Shown: positions 1 to 9,373, numbered from the stretch's first letter. The stretch is DNA of 36,531 nucleotides from an uncultured Weeksellaceae bacterium (GCA_964554275.1 CAZKOC010000003.1:1-36531), one strand, 5' to 3'. The notes: generated from the letters alone by a model not told the origin. Numbers and translations: made by a program.

Positions 1-568
1 CGTAGTATTTGGTTCCCTGATTATTGAAAAGAGTATATTCTTTCAGGTCATCTGTAGCTTCAAGCCCATTGTTGGCTTGTAATGAATCGCCTGTTTTACT
101 GATGAGAAACACAGTATCCTGAGTAAATATCTTCCTGGTTTTTTTATTCCAGAACAATTTTTGGGTTTTTAGCGTATCACCTTTTTCGTTTATTACCACG
201 ACGTCGCCACGGCCTTCATACCAACCTTTTAATTCGCTCATCGTTGCCCAGTTTGCTCTCAGGTATCCGGGAGTATCACTGTTTTTGGTATAGAAATCTA
301 ATTCAAGACCTTTAGGGAATTGCGTATAGGGAGTGTCAATCATTGAATATTCCTCAATCAATGGTGAGCGTAAATCAAGTACAATTCTTCCTGAATCTTT
401 GTAATAAATATGTGCATTGATTAGAGTCCTGTCAGGGAAATTGGATTTTCTTTTATCAAAATCCACACTATTTTCTCCGTTACAGGCTACGAGGTAAAAG
501 AGCAGGATAAAAAATGGTATGAACCTCTTTCGAATAGAAATATTATTTTTTAGACGGAAGAGTTTCAT
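1..568 (-). CDS. lptC: LPS export periplasmic protein LptC (partial, 3' end beyond window start)
   Basis: Not in ORF track. Manual translation from ATG at 568: MKLFRLKNNISIRKRFIPFFILLFYLVACNGEN...YKDSGRIVLDLRSPLIEEY...PYTQFPKGLELDFY...GDTLKTQKLFWNKKTRKIFTQDTV...; open to base 1. Pattern typical of Bacteroidota LptC, with an LVAC lipobox. Confidence 0.85.
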   Translation of the reverse strand, partial: MKLFRLKNNISIRKRFIPFFILLFYLVACNGENSVDFDKRKSNFPDRTLINAHIYYKDSGRIVLDLRSPLIEEYSMIDTPYTQFPKGLELDFYTKNSDTPGYLRANWATMSELKGWYEGRGDVVVINEKGDTLKTQKLFWNKKTRKIFTQDTVFLISKTGDSLQANNGLEATDDLKEYTLFNNQGTKYY

Positions 569-578
569 TAAAAAATGA

Positions 579-1841
579 TTAATCGATAATTCTTTTCCTG
601 AACCAGATATCATTGAGGGTGAATCCAAGTTTTATATTGGCGTAATTTTCTTTGATTACTCCCAAATCTGTATTTCCTTGTTGCCCCAGTTCTACGGCCA
701 AATTCAACATGGAAGCATCACGGTCTTTACCTACAGGGAATCCAAACCCTACGGTTACACCATATTTTTTGATTCCTTCTTCGCCAAATTGAAGCGGAGT
801 TGCTTCATAAAACCCGCCCAGGCGATAAATTACACGCTCGAAATAGCTTTTGTAACTGTTGAAGTCCGGAATCCAGTATCCTCCAACAGATGCACGGAAA
901 CGCGTGTCAATCATAGAGTTGTCGTCTTCATCCATTTTATAGGCGCCCCAATCACCCCAATCCAGCTGAGCCCCAACCATCCAATGTAAATCTTTTTTCA
1001 GCGCCGCTGCAAAAGTCACGGACTGTGGCATTTTTAAATCGCCATAAACTTTTTTGTATTGTATGGTATCTATATTTCCGGGGACTAAATCTACCACAGC
1101 ATAGGTTGTGGTCATATCAGTGATTTTGGCGTTTAAATTTGATCCCAAAGTATAAGTAGCTCCGATATCTAATTTTTTATTATCACCAATTTTTTTGGAA
1201 TAATATCCCCCCAAAGTAAACTGAAGGCCATTAATTTTAGATTTATAATTATAATCTGTAACCAAGGCTAGTCCTTCAGTTGAAATAATCTGATCTCTTT
1301 CTAAATCTCCAAATAAATAATTGGCTCGCAAACCAACTGAAAATTGATTTGTAATATTGTAAGAACCCATCACATGTACAGAGTTGAGCCCTCCATCTCC
1401 CTTGAAAGCATTTTGATACCTAACTTCATCATTTTGTGTGATGGTGGCCACTTCATATCCAATCGCGGAATAGGGCTGAAAACCAAATCCTGCACGAGCT
1501 TTATTTCCCACAGGGAAAGCAAGTGAGACATTGGAAATATAAGTAGTGCTTTTTTTAGAAGAACTTGCAGCATCTTTAAATTGACTCAGGTGTGTATTTG
1601 TTCCAAACTCAAAACTCGTTATGTTTAAAATCTGGTTTGCTGCAGGATTGGAAAAATTGGCGCTGGAATGAAATGGATTCATTGTCAATGCAGAAATCCC
1701 TCCCATACCGGCTTGTTCTATGTTGTTATCAAACAGCAAATCCCCCACTCCAAAAGATGAGAAAGGAGAAGTAGACACATTTTGTCCATAGGACCATACA
1801 CCAAAACAAGCAAATAAAGCCCAACAAAAAATCTTTTTCAT
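579..1841 (-). CDS. Outer-membrane beta-barrel protein, FadL/OmpP1-like Bacteroidota family
   Basis: Signal peptide, SPFSSFGVG and NFSNPAA N-terminal motifs, alternating beta-strand pattern, C-terminal LNDIWF; 10 nt upstream of lptC on the same strand. Confidence 0.7.
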   Translation of the reverse strand: MKKIFCWALFACFGVWSYGQNVSTSPFSSFGVGDLLFDNNIEQAGMGGISALTMNPFHSSANFSNPAANQILNITSFEFGTNTHLSQFKDAASSSKKSTTYISNVSLAFPVGNKARAGFGFQPYSAIGYEVATITQNDEVRYQNAFKGDGGLNSVHVMGSYNITNQFSVGLRANYLFGDLERDQIISTEGLALVTDYNYKSKINGLQFTLGGYYSKKIGDNKKLDIGATYTLGSNLNAKITDMTTTYAVVDLVPGNIDTIQYKKVYGDLKMPQSVTFAAALKKDLHWMVGAQLDWGDWGAYKMDEDDNSMIDTRFRASVGGYWIPDFNSYKSYFERVIYRLGGFYEATPLQFGEEGIKKYGVTVGFGFPVGKDRDASMLNLAVELGQQGNTDLGVIKENYANIKLGFTLNDIWFRKRIID

Positions 1842-1869
1842 TCGATAGAAAAAATAAAATTACAAGTTG

Positions 1870-1901
1870 CAAATATGATGACTTAGATTGGAATCTGCAA
1901 A
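1870..1901 (-). promoter_or_regulatory. Bacteroidota sigma70-like promoter for OMP-lptC
   Basis: Minus strand TTTG (1901-1898), 20-nt spacer, CATATTTG (1877-1870); one mismatch to TAnnTTTG. Confidence 0.5.
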
Positions 1902-2049
1902 AACGAAAAAGGATTTGCTTGTTAATGAACTATTAAAGTTTGTTAATCAAAATAATCATAAAGTATAAAATAACATTCGCTTCACCAATAAATCATTTTC
2001 AGTAATAGGCTTGCGGTTAAAGCATTTAAAACTTTATCTATCAATTATT

Positions 2050-2082
2050 TTTGGGAGTTTAGACGTACAATTGTTAGTTTTG
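2050..2082 (+). promoter_or_regulatory. Bacteroidota sigma70-like promoter for the fnl genes
   Basis: TTTG (2050-2053), 21-nt spacer, TAGTTTTG (2075-2082); exact match to TTTG-N19-21-TAnnTTTG, 38 nt before the ATG. Confidence 0.65.
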
Positions 2083-2120
2083 TTCAAAAAAATGAAGTTT
2101 ATAACATATAGCTCAAATAA

Positions 2121-3152
2121 ATGTTAAACAACAAAACATTACTTATCACCGGAGGCACAGGTTCATTTGGGACTGCAGTGCTGCATCGTTTTCTGGACAC
2201 GGATCATTTTAGTGAAATACGGATTTTTTCCCGTGATGAAAAGAAACAGGACGATATGCGCAATCTATATAAAAATGACAAAATAAAGTACTATATAGGA
2301 GATGTCAGAGATTATGACAGTGTGAAACCCGTGACATATGACGTTGATTATATTTTTCATGCAGCGGCCTTAAAGCAGGTACCGTCTTGCGAGTTTTTTC
2401 CTATGCAGGCAGTAAAAACAAATGTGGAAGGAACCCAGAACGTAATTAGGGCGGCAGCGTCCAACGGAGTGAAAAAAGTAATATGTTTGAGTACAGACAA
2501 AGCAGCTTACCCAATTAATGCAATGGGAATCTCAAAAGCCATGATGGAAAAAGTGGCTGTCGCGGAAGCACGTAATTTAAAAGATACAACTGTGTGCCTG
2601 ACCCGCTATGGAAATGTAATGGCTTCCAGAGGTTCGGTAATCCCTTTGTTTTTGAAGCAAATTCAGAAAGGGGAACCTATTACTATAACAGATCCCAATA
2701 TGTCCCGCTTTTTTATGTCTTTGGAAGATGCTGTTGATTTGGTTTTATTTGCTTTTGAACATGGAAATCCGGGAGATTTATTTGTAAACAAGGCCCCGGC
2801 AGGGTCCATAGGTGATTTGGCAAAAGCACTTATTGAGCTGACAGGGAAAGAAGTCCCTATAAAAATTATAGGTACCCGCCACGGAGAAAAATTATATGAA
2901 ACTCTTTGTACAAGGGAGGAGATGTTAAAGGCAGAAGACATGGGCGATTTTTATAGAATTCCGGCAGATAACAGGGATTTGAATTATGCTAAATATTTTT
3001 CCGAAGGGGACCAGGACATATCTGGTATAAAAGACTATCATTCACACAATACAGAACAGCAGGGAGTAAAGGGATTGAAGGAATTAATATCAAAGCTGCC
3101 ATTGATTCGAAAAGAAATTTTTGGTGAGGATATAATGCAGTATCCTTATTAA
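2121..3152 (+). CDS. fnlA: UDP-GlcNAc 4,6-dehydratase/5-epimerase (FnlA/CapE/WbjB)
   Basis: ITGGTGSFG, FSRDEKKQDDMR, HAAALKQVPSCEFFP, STDKAAYPINAMG, RYGNVMASRGSVIP, YHSHNT. Confidence 0.93.
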   Translation: MLNNKTLLITGGTGSFGTAVLHRFLDTDHFSEIRIFSRDEKKQDDMRNLYKNDKIKYYIGDVRDYDSVKPVTYDVDYIFHAAALKQVPSCEFFPMQAVKTNVEGTQNVIRAAASNGVKKVICLSTDKAAYPINAMGISKAMMEKVAVAEARNLKDTTVCLTRYGNVMASRGSVIPLFLKQIQKGEPITITDPNMSRFFMSLEDAVDLVLFAFEHGNPGDLFVNKAPAGSIGDLAKALIELTGKEVPIKIIGTRHGEKLYETLCTREEMLKAEDMGDFYRIPADNRDLNYAKYFSEGDQDISGIKDYHSHNTEQQGVKGLKELISKLPLIRKEIFGEDIMQYPY

Positions 3153-3161
3153 TCATCATCT

Positions 3162-3566
3162 ATGTTATTTATAGGCAAGCAACATTTAGACGAAAGGGGT
3201 ATAATAAATTATAATAATAATTTTGACGCCTCACAAGTGAAAAGGATTTATACCCTTGAAAACCATTCTATAGATTTTGTGAGAGGCTGGCAGGGACATA
3301 AAATAGAACAAAGATGGTTTTCTCCTGTGACCGGTAAGTTTGAAGTAGCTGTGATTTGTATAGACGATTGGGAAAACCCTTCAAAAAATTTAACAATCAA
3401 CAAATATGAAATGAGCGCTGACGGATTAAACTTTTTACAAGTTCCGGCGGGAAATGTCACAGCCATCAGAGCGTTGGAAGCTAATTCCAAACTATTGGTC
3501 TTGTCAGATTATTTATTGGGAGAAATTGAGGATGAATACAGGTTTCCGTTAGAATACTTTTCATAA
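3162..3566 (+). CDS. Cupin-fold sugar epimerase/isomerase (WxcM/RmlC-like)
   Basis: HLDERG, KRIY, VRGWQGHKIEQRWF, LQVPAG motifs; sits between fnlA and fnlB. Confidence 0.75.
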   Translation: MLFIGKQHLDERGIINYNNNFDASQVKRIYTLENHSIDFVRGWQGHKIEQRWFSPVTGKFEVAVICIDDWENPSKNLTINKYEMSADGLNFLQVPAGNVTAIRALEANSKLLVLSDYLLGEIEDEYRFPLEYFS

Positions 3567-3594
3567 AGAACATAAAACTTTGCAATATATAAAA

Positions 3595-4713
3595 ATGAAG
3601 AAAATAGGAATTACCGGTCAGAGTGGATTTGTAGGAACGCATCTTTACAGCACATTGGGACTTTATGCCGAAGAGTTTGAAAGGATAGATTTTGATAACC
3701 AATTCTTTGAAAATCCTGAATCCTTGGATGAATTTGTTTCACAATGTGATGTTATAGTTCACTTAGCAGCGATGAATCGTCATGAAAGCCAGGATTTCAT
3801 TTATGAAACCAATGTTAAATTAGTAAGAGAATTGGCGAATTCACTCGAAAGGACACACTCAAAAGCCCATGTGTTATTTTCTTCATCGTCACAGGAAGAA
3901 CGGGATAACCTATATGGAAAGTCAAAAAAAGAAGGAAGACAAATACTATCCGATTGGGCTCACGATTCAGGAGGGATTTTTTCCGGATTGATCATACCCA
4001 ATGTGTTCGGGCCATTTGGGAAGCCTTATTACAATTCATTTATAGCAACCTTTTGCCATCAGCTTACGCATGGAGAAGTCCCGAAGATTGACAACGATGG
4101 TACCGTTAATTTAATTTATGTGGGTGAACTCGTTACGGAAATAATTTCTAAGGTAAGAGAGGGAGAAAGCCATGCACAGTATATAGTTCCCCATACAGTA
4201 ACTATAAAAGTATCGGAAGTACTGTACTTATTAAATCTATACAAAGAAAATTATTTAGATAAAGGAGAAATTCCGGAACTCAACTCAACATTTGAGCTCA
4301 ATTTGTTTAATACTTTTCGTTGCTATATAAATCATCGTAATCACTTTCCTGTAAAATTTATCCAACACACAGACCCAAGAGGATCGTTTGTTGAAGTTAT
4401 TCGTTTAGGGATTGGAGGGCAGGTTTCGTTCTCTACCACGGTGCCCGGTATTACCCGGGGCAATCATTACCATACAAGGAAAATAGAAAGATTTGCAGTT
4501 ATAAAGGGAAAAGCGCTTATACAATTGAGGCAAATAGGAACAAATGAAGTAATGGATTTTTATTTAGATGGAAATGAACCGGCTTATGTCGATATGCCGA
4601 TTTGGTACACGCACAATATAAAAAACATAGGGGAAGACATACTCTATACTAATTTTTGGATCAATGAACCATATGATCCGGAAGACGCAGATACCTATTT
4701 TGAAGAAGTATAG
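3595..4713 (+). CDS. fnlB: UDP-2-acetamido-2,6-dideoxy-hexulose epimerase/reductase (FnlB/CapF/WbjC)
   Basis: N-terminal SDR (GITGQSGFVG, HLAAMNR, YGKSK, PNVFG, PYYNS) plus C-terminal cupin (DPRGSFVE, TRGNHYHTRKIERF). ATG at 3595 preferred over TTG at 3580. Confidence 0.9.
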   Translation: MKKIGITGQSGFVGTHLYSTLGLYAEEFERIDFDNQFFENPESLDEFVSQCDVIVHLAAMNRHESQDFIYETNVKLVRELANSLERTHSKAHVLFSSSSQEERDNLYGKSKKEGRQILSDWAHDSGGIFSGLIIPNVFGPFGKPYYNSFIATFCHQLTHGEVPKIDNDGTVNLIYVGELVTEIISKVREGESHAQYIVPHTVTIKVSEVLYLLNLYKENYLDKGEIPELNSTFELNLFNTFRCYINHRNHFPVKFIQHTDPRGSFVEVIRLGIGGQVSFSTTVPGITRGNHYHTRKIERFAVIKGKALIQLRQIGTNEVMDFYLDGNEPAYVDMPIWYTHNIKNIGEDILYTNFWINEPYDPEDADTYFEEV

Positions 4714-4740
4714 AAATGAACTTAATTTAAGTAAAAGTAT

Positions 4741-5874
4741 ATGAAAAAACTAAAAGTGGTGACAGTTGTGGGAACGCGTCCGGAAATTATTCGTTTGTCA
4801 CGCGTTATGTCTGCTTTGGATCAATCTGAAGCGATAGATCATATAATAGTTCATACCGGTCAGAATTACGATTATGAGTTGAACCAGATTTTTTTTAAAG
4901 ATTTAGGAATCCGGAAACCAGATTACTTCTTAGAAGCTGCAGGTAAAACCGCAGCAGAAACGGTCGGAAATATCTTGATAAAAATTGACTCTTTATTGGA
5001 AGAATTAAAACCTGACTCATTTCTGGTATTAGGAGATACAAACAGCTGTCTTTGTGCAATTCCTGCAAAAAAACGCCATATTCCCATTTTTCATATGGAA
5101 GCAGGGAATAGATGTTTTGACCAACGCGTTCCCGAAGAAACCAATCGTAAAATCGTAGACCATGTATCTGATGTTAACCTGACTTATAGTGACATAGCTC
5201 GTGAATATTTGTTAAGAGAAGGTTTGCCCGCAGACAGGATCATCAAAACCGGATCTCCCATGTTTGAAGTTTTGAATCACTATTTGCCGCAGATTAAAGA
5301 TTCAGATGTTTTGAACAAATTAAATCTCGAAAAGGAAAAATTCTTTGTAATTTCATCTCACAGGGAAGAAAATATTAATTCTGAAAAGAATTTTAAAGGA
5401 TTAATGGATTCTTTGAATGCCATAGCAGAAAAATACAATTATCCGATCATAGTGTCTACACACCCCCGCACACGGAGTATGATTGACCTGAAACAAGTAA
5501 AGGTCCGTCCGGAAATTCAATTTTTGAAGCCACTCGGATTCCATGATTATAACGCCTTGCAAATGAACGCTTATGCCGTTTTGTCGGATTCAGGGACGAT
5601 TTCTGAAGAATCTTCAATTTTAAATTTCAGAGCGTTAAACATAAGAGAAGCGCATGAACGCCCTGAGGCGATGGAAGAAGCTTCTGTGATGATGGTGGGT
5701 TTGTCTCCTGAACGCATCCTTCAGGGATTGACTCAGCTTCAATATCAGGAAACAGGAAAGGAGAGGAATTTCCGAAGAGTTGCGGATTATTCAATGCCCA
5801 ATGTTTCTGAAAAAGTGGTAAGGATTATATTGTCTTATACAGACTACATTAAAAGAGTAGTTTGGGGCGAATAA
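4741..5874 (+). CDS. fnlC: Non-hydrolysing UDP-HexNAc 2-epimerase, FnlC/CapG/WbjD subtype (WecB family)
   Basis: VVGTRPEIIRLS, HTGQNYDYEL, LGDTNS, HMEAGNRCFDQRVPEE, SDSGTISEES, HERPE. Confidence 0.92.
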   Translation: MKKLKVVTVVGTRPEIIRLSRVMSALDQSEAIDHIIVHTGQNYDYELNQIFFKDLGIRKPDYFLEAAGKTAAETVGNILIKIDSLLEELKPDSFLVLGDTNSCLCAIPAKKRHIPIFHMEAGNRCFDQRVPEETNRKIVDHVSDVNLTYSDIAREYLLREGLPADRIIKTGSPMFEVLNHYLPQIKDSDVLNKLNLEKEKFFVISSHREENINSEKNFKGLMDSLNAIAEKYNYPIIVSTHPRTRSMIDLKQVKVRPEIQFLKPLGFHDYNALQMNAYAVLSDSGTISEESSILNFRALNIREAHERPEAMEEASVMMVGLSPERILQGLTQLQYQETGKERNFRRVADYSMPNVSEKVVRIILSYTDYIKRVVWGE

Positions 5875-6016
5875 TTTTTTCATAGTATCCTGTTTTTCTC
5901 TAACAATTGCCACAAACAGGTTGGTGCCATAATCAAAGAACAGCTTATTTTATTTACAGTATTTGATGAAATCATTCAAAATGACAAAAAAAATTTTCGT
6001 GAAATTAAAAAAATAT

Positions 6017-6024
6017 TATCTTTG
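6017..6024 (+). promoter_or_regulatory. -7 promoter element for tRNA-Phe
   Basis: TATCTTTG(CA), 16 nt before the tRNA 5' end. Confidence 0.65.
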
Positions 6025-6040
6025 CAGTCCCAAATGAGTA

Positions 6041-6113
6041 GGTGCCTTAGCTCAGTTGGTAGAGCAAAGGACTGAAAATCCTTGTGTCCCTGGTTCGATT
6101 CCTGGAGGCACCA
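6041..6113 (+). tRNA. tRNA-Phe (GAA)
   Basis: Acceptor stem GGTGCCT/AGGCACC plus discriminator A, D arm GCTC-AGTTGGTA-GAGC, anticodon arm AAGGA-CTGAAAA-TCCTT, T loop TTCGATT; 73 nt, CCA not encoded. Confidence 0.97.
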
Positions 6114-6122
6114 CTTGAATTT

Positions 6123-6151
6123 AAAAGCCATAACTAATGTTATGGCTTTTT
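6123..6151 (+). terminator. Intrinsic terminator after tRNA-Phe (probably bidirectional)
   Basis: AAAAGCCATAAC-TAAT-GTTATGGCTTTT perfect 12-bp stem, followed by T-rich sequence. Confidence 0.85.
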
Positions 6152-6192
6152 CTTTGCTCCTGATTTATTCTATGCAATACAAAATAAAACTG

Positions 6193-6200
6193 TAAATTTG
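6193..6200 (+). promoter_or_regulatory. -7 promoter element for the main glycan operon
   Basis: TAAATTTG(C), 24 nt before the TTG at 6225 and just after the terminator; no clear -33 element. Confidence 0.55.
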
Positions 6201-6224
6201 CCGGAGTTTTTAAATATCTGAAAC

Positions 6225-7502
6225 TTGAGTAACATTAAAATAGCTGTCATAGGGTTAGGATATGTAGGATTGCCATTGGCAAGATTGTTGGCTACTAAAT
6301 ATAACACCTTAGGATTTGATATTAATCAAAAAAGAATAGAAGAGCTTCGTTTAGGCGTTGATAGTACTTTAGAGGTTGAAAACGAAATTCTTCAGTCTGT
6401 TTTAGTTAATGGCCCCAATGAAGACAAGGGGCTTTTTGTAACCAGTCATCTGGAGGACATAAAGAGTTGTAACTATTTTGTGATAACTGTTCCCACTCCT
6501 GTAGACAAAAATAATCGCCCTGACTTAACCCCACTTTACAGAGCAAGCGAAACGGTTGGAAAAGTTCTTAAGCCGGGAGATATAGTAATTTATGAGTCAA
6601 CTGTTTATCCGGGAGTTACCGAAGAAGAATGCGTGCCGGTTTTGGAAAAAATAAGCGGACTTAAATTCAATGAGGATTTTTTTGCAGGTTATTCACCTGA
6701 AAGGATTAATCCGGGAGATAAAGAACATACAGTAGAAAGAATTCTTAAAATAACCTCAGGTTCTACACCCGAAATCGGAAAAAAGGTGGATGATTTATAT
6801 AAATCCGTAATTACAGCCGGAACGCATTTGGCTCCTACCATTAAAGTGGCAGAAGCTGCAAAGGTGATAGAAAATTCACAACGAGACATTAATATAGCCT
6901 TCGTAAATGAACTGGCTAAAATCTTCAATATTCTGGAAATTGATACGCAAGCCGTATTGAAAGCTGCCAGTACAAAATGGAACTTTTTGCCGTTTAAACC
7001 AGGATTGGTTGGCGGGCATTGTATAGGAGTTGACCCATATTATCTTGCTCAAAAGGCGCAAGAGCATGGTTATCATCCTGAAATTATCCTGGCAGGACGA
7101 AGACTCAACGATTCTATGGGAGAGTATGTGGCTTCTCAAGTGATCAAATGCATGATTAAAAAAGGAATAAAAGTTAACGGATCAGAGATATTGATGTTGG
7201 GCATAACGTTTAAGGAGAATTGTCCGGATGTGCGAAATACTAAAATAGTAGATGTGATTAACGCATTAGAAGACTATTCTGTGAAAGTCACAACTTATGA
7301 CCCTTGGGCAAATCCTGAAGAAGTGGAATATGAATATAGGATTGATAGCATGAAAGAAATCCCCGTTAAAAAATTTGATGCTATTGTTTTGGGAGTTGCC
7401 CATAAAGAGTTTGAAGATTTGAATTTGAATGTATTGAAGAAAGAAAATGCAGTAGTATATGACGTGAAAGGAGTGTTAAATACAGTTGATGGTAAATTAT
7501 AA
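6225..7502 (+). CDS. UDP-N-acetylhexosamine 6-dehydrogenase (WbpO/TviB/WecC family)
   Basis: [69 protein letters not shown] start. Confidence 0.9.
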   Translation: MSNIKIAVIGLGYVGLPLARLLATKYNTLGFDINQKRIEELRLGVDSTLEVENEILQSVLVNGPNEDKGLFVTSHLEDIKSCNYFVITVPTPVDKNNRPDLTPLYRASETVGKVLKPGDIVIYESTVYPGVTEEECVPVLEKISGLKFNEDFFAGYSPERINPGDKEHTVERILKITSGSTPEIGKKVDDLYKSVITAGTHLAPTIKVAEAAKVIENSQRDINIAFVNELAKIFNILEIDTQAVLKAASTKWNFLPFKPGLVGGHCIGVDPYYLAQKAQEHGYHPEIILAGRRLNDSMGEYVASQVIKCMIKKGIKVNGSEILMLGITFKENCPDVRNTKIVDVINALEDYSVKVTTYDPWANPEEVEYEYRIDSMKEIPVKKFDAIVLGVAHKEFEDLNLNVLKKENAVVYDVKGVLNTVDGKL

Positions 7503-7514
7503 AATAGTTTTTAA

Positions 7515-8834
7515 ATGAAAATAACAGTAGTAGGAACAGGTTATGTAGGTTTGGTTTCTGGGACATGTTTTGCGGACGTAGGGATAGATGTAGTATGTGT
7601 AGATATAGATGCCAATAAGATCGAAAAATTAGAAAATGGAATCATTCCGATTTACGAACCCGGCTTAGAAGAGTTGGTAAAACGAAATCATGCCAATGGG
7701 CGGCTGACCTTTACAACTGATTTAGAGGCTGCTATCGTTGGGAGTGAAGTGGTTTTTATAGCAGTGGGAACCCCGCCGGGAGAAGACGGTTCGGCAGATT
7801 TGAGCTACGTTTTGGGTGTAGCCAGGGAAGTAGGAGAGAAAATGACCGATTATTTGGTGGTAGCCACAAAAAGTACGGTTCCTGTAGGAACAGGTGAAAA
7901 AGTCAAATCAGAAATCAAAAAAGCATTACAAATCAGAAATTCAAATTTGGAATTTTCAGTAGCCTCCAACCCTGAATTTTTAAAGGAAGGAGCAGCAGTA
8001 GAAGATTTCCTGAAACCTGACAGAATTGTAATCGGTACGGAAGATGAACGTGCGCAGAAAATCATGCATCGTTTGTACAAACCATTTCAATTGAACGGAG
8101 AGCGAATTGTTTATATGGATATCCCTTCTGCAGAAATGACCAAATATACGGCCAATGCCATGTTGGCAACAAAGATCAGTTTTATGAACGACATCGCTAA
8201 CTTGTGTGAACGTGTGGGAGCCGATGTAAATATGGTGAGAAGAGGAATCGGTTCCGATCCAAGAATCGGGAATAAATTTATTTATCCGGGAGTAGGTTAT
8301 GGGGGCTCATGCTTCCCCAAAGATGTAAAGGCGATCATCAGGACGGCAAAAGAATACAATTACGAATTAAAAGTATTGCAGGCGGTAGAAGAAGTGAATG
8401 ATGCTCAGAAATATGTATTGGTTGAAAAAATAAAAAGACACTTTGGAGATGATCTGAAGGGAAAAACATTTGCGATGTGGGGATTAAGCTTCAAGCCCAA
8501 TACGGACGATATGCGTGAAGCACCCTCATTGGTAATAATAGAGGAGCTAAAAAAGTTAGGAGCAGAAGTAAAAGCTTATGATCCGGTGGCGATGGAACAT
8601 GCCAGGGAATTTTACTTGGGAGACCAAATCACCTATTGCAAAGATGCATATGAAGCATGTAATGAATCAGATGCGTTGTTGCTGGTAACGGAATGGCCTG
8701 AATTCAGAATGCCAAGCTGGGATGTGATTTCGAAATTGTTGAAAAACAAAGTAGTATTCGACGGAAGGAATATATATGAAGCCAATTACTTAAAGGAGAA
8801 TGGTTTTAAACATTATGGAATTGGTTTAAAATAA
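7515..8834 (+). CDS. ugd: UDP-glucose 6-dehydrogenase
   Basis: GTGYVGL, PIYEPGL, KSTVPVGT, SNPEFLKEG, GYGGSCFPKD, FKPNTDDMRE, DGRNIY. Confidence 0.93.
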   Translation: MKITVVGTGYVGLVSGTCFADVGIDVVCVDIDANKIEKLENGIIPIYEPGLEELVKRNHANGRLTFTTDLEAAIVGSEVVFIAVGTPPGEDGSADLSYVLGVAREVGEKMTDYLVVATKSTVPVGTGEKVKSEIKKALQIRNSNLEFSVASNPEFLKEGAAVEDFLKPDRIVIGTEDERAQKIMHRLYKPFQLNGERIVYMDIPSAEMTKYTANAMLATKISFMNDIANLCERVGADVNMVRRGIGSDPRIGNKFIYPGVGYGGSCFPKDVKAIIRTAKEYNYELKVLQAVEEVNDAQKYVLVEKIKRHFGDDLKGKTFAMWGLSFKPNTDDMREAPSLVIIEELKKLGAEVKAYDPVAMEHAREFYLGDQITYCKDAYEACNESDALLLVTEWPEFRMPSWDVISKLLKNKVVFDGRNIYEANYLKENGFKHYGIGLK

Positions 8835-8852
8835 CTTATTATTTTTAAGATA

Positions 8853-9287
8853 ATGAAAATCGGTATTACTTTTAGTGCCTTTGACCTGTTCCATGCCGGG
8901 CACGTTAAAATGTTAGAAGAAGCTAAACGAAAGTGTGATTATTTAATAATCGGACTTCAAACAGACCCCACTATAGACAGGCCCAGTAAAAACAAACCCA
9001 GTCAAACAATTGTGGAACGTTATATCCAATTAAAAGGTTGTAAGTTTGTAGATGAAATAGTTCCCTATACTACAGAACAGGATTTGGAAGATATTCTTCG
9101 CTCATTTGAAATTGATATTAGAATTATAGGAGATGAATATAAAGATAGAGACTTTACGGGCCGCCAATATTGTGAGGAAAAAGGGATAGAGCTTTATTTT
9201 AATAGCAGGGATCATCGTTTTTCTAGTACAGAATTGCGAAAGACAGTTCATCAATTTGAAAGTCTTAAGATTGAGAATTTAAAATAA
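8853..9287 (+). CDS. tagD: Glycerol-3-phosphate cytidylyltransferase-like (TagD family)
   Basis: FDLFHAGH (HxGH), KNKP, ER, and C-terminal RDHRFSSTELR. Confidence 0.8.
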   Translation: MKIGITFSAFDLFHAGHVKMLEEAKRKCDYLIIGLQTDPTIDRPSKNKPSQTIVERYIQLKGCKFVDEIVPYTTEQDLEDILRSFEIDIRIIGDEYKDRDFTGRQYCEEKGIELYFNSRDHRFSSTELRKTVHQFESLKIENLK

Positions 9288-9373
9288 ATCCATGGAGATT
9301 TACAATCAAAAGAATAAAACATTATGCTTTGTGATAAAAGGATATTTCAATATAATTTAAGATTTTGCACCTT

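Noticed and set aside
1842..2120. Invertible promoter or UpxY/UpxZ control as in Bacteroides capsule loci
   Set aside because: No flanking inverted repeats around the promoter, and no recombinase or NusG-like gene in the window.
5923..5931. GGTGCCATA resembling the tRNA-Phe 5' end
   Set aside because: Only an 8/9 match, and at the 5' end rather than the 3' end expected for att sites; likely chance.
6089..6105. U-U mismatch in the tRNA T-stem suggesting a pseudo-tRNA
   Set aside because: All other arms, the promoter and the terminator are intact; as far as I recall this mismatch is usual in Bacteroidota tRNA-Phe.
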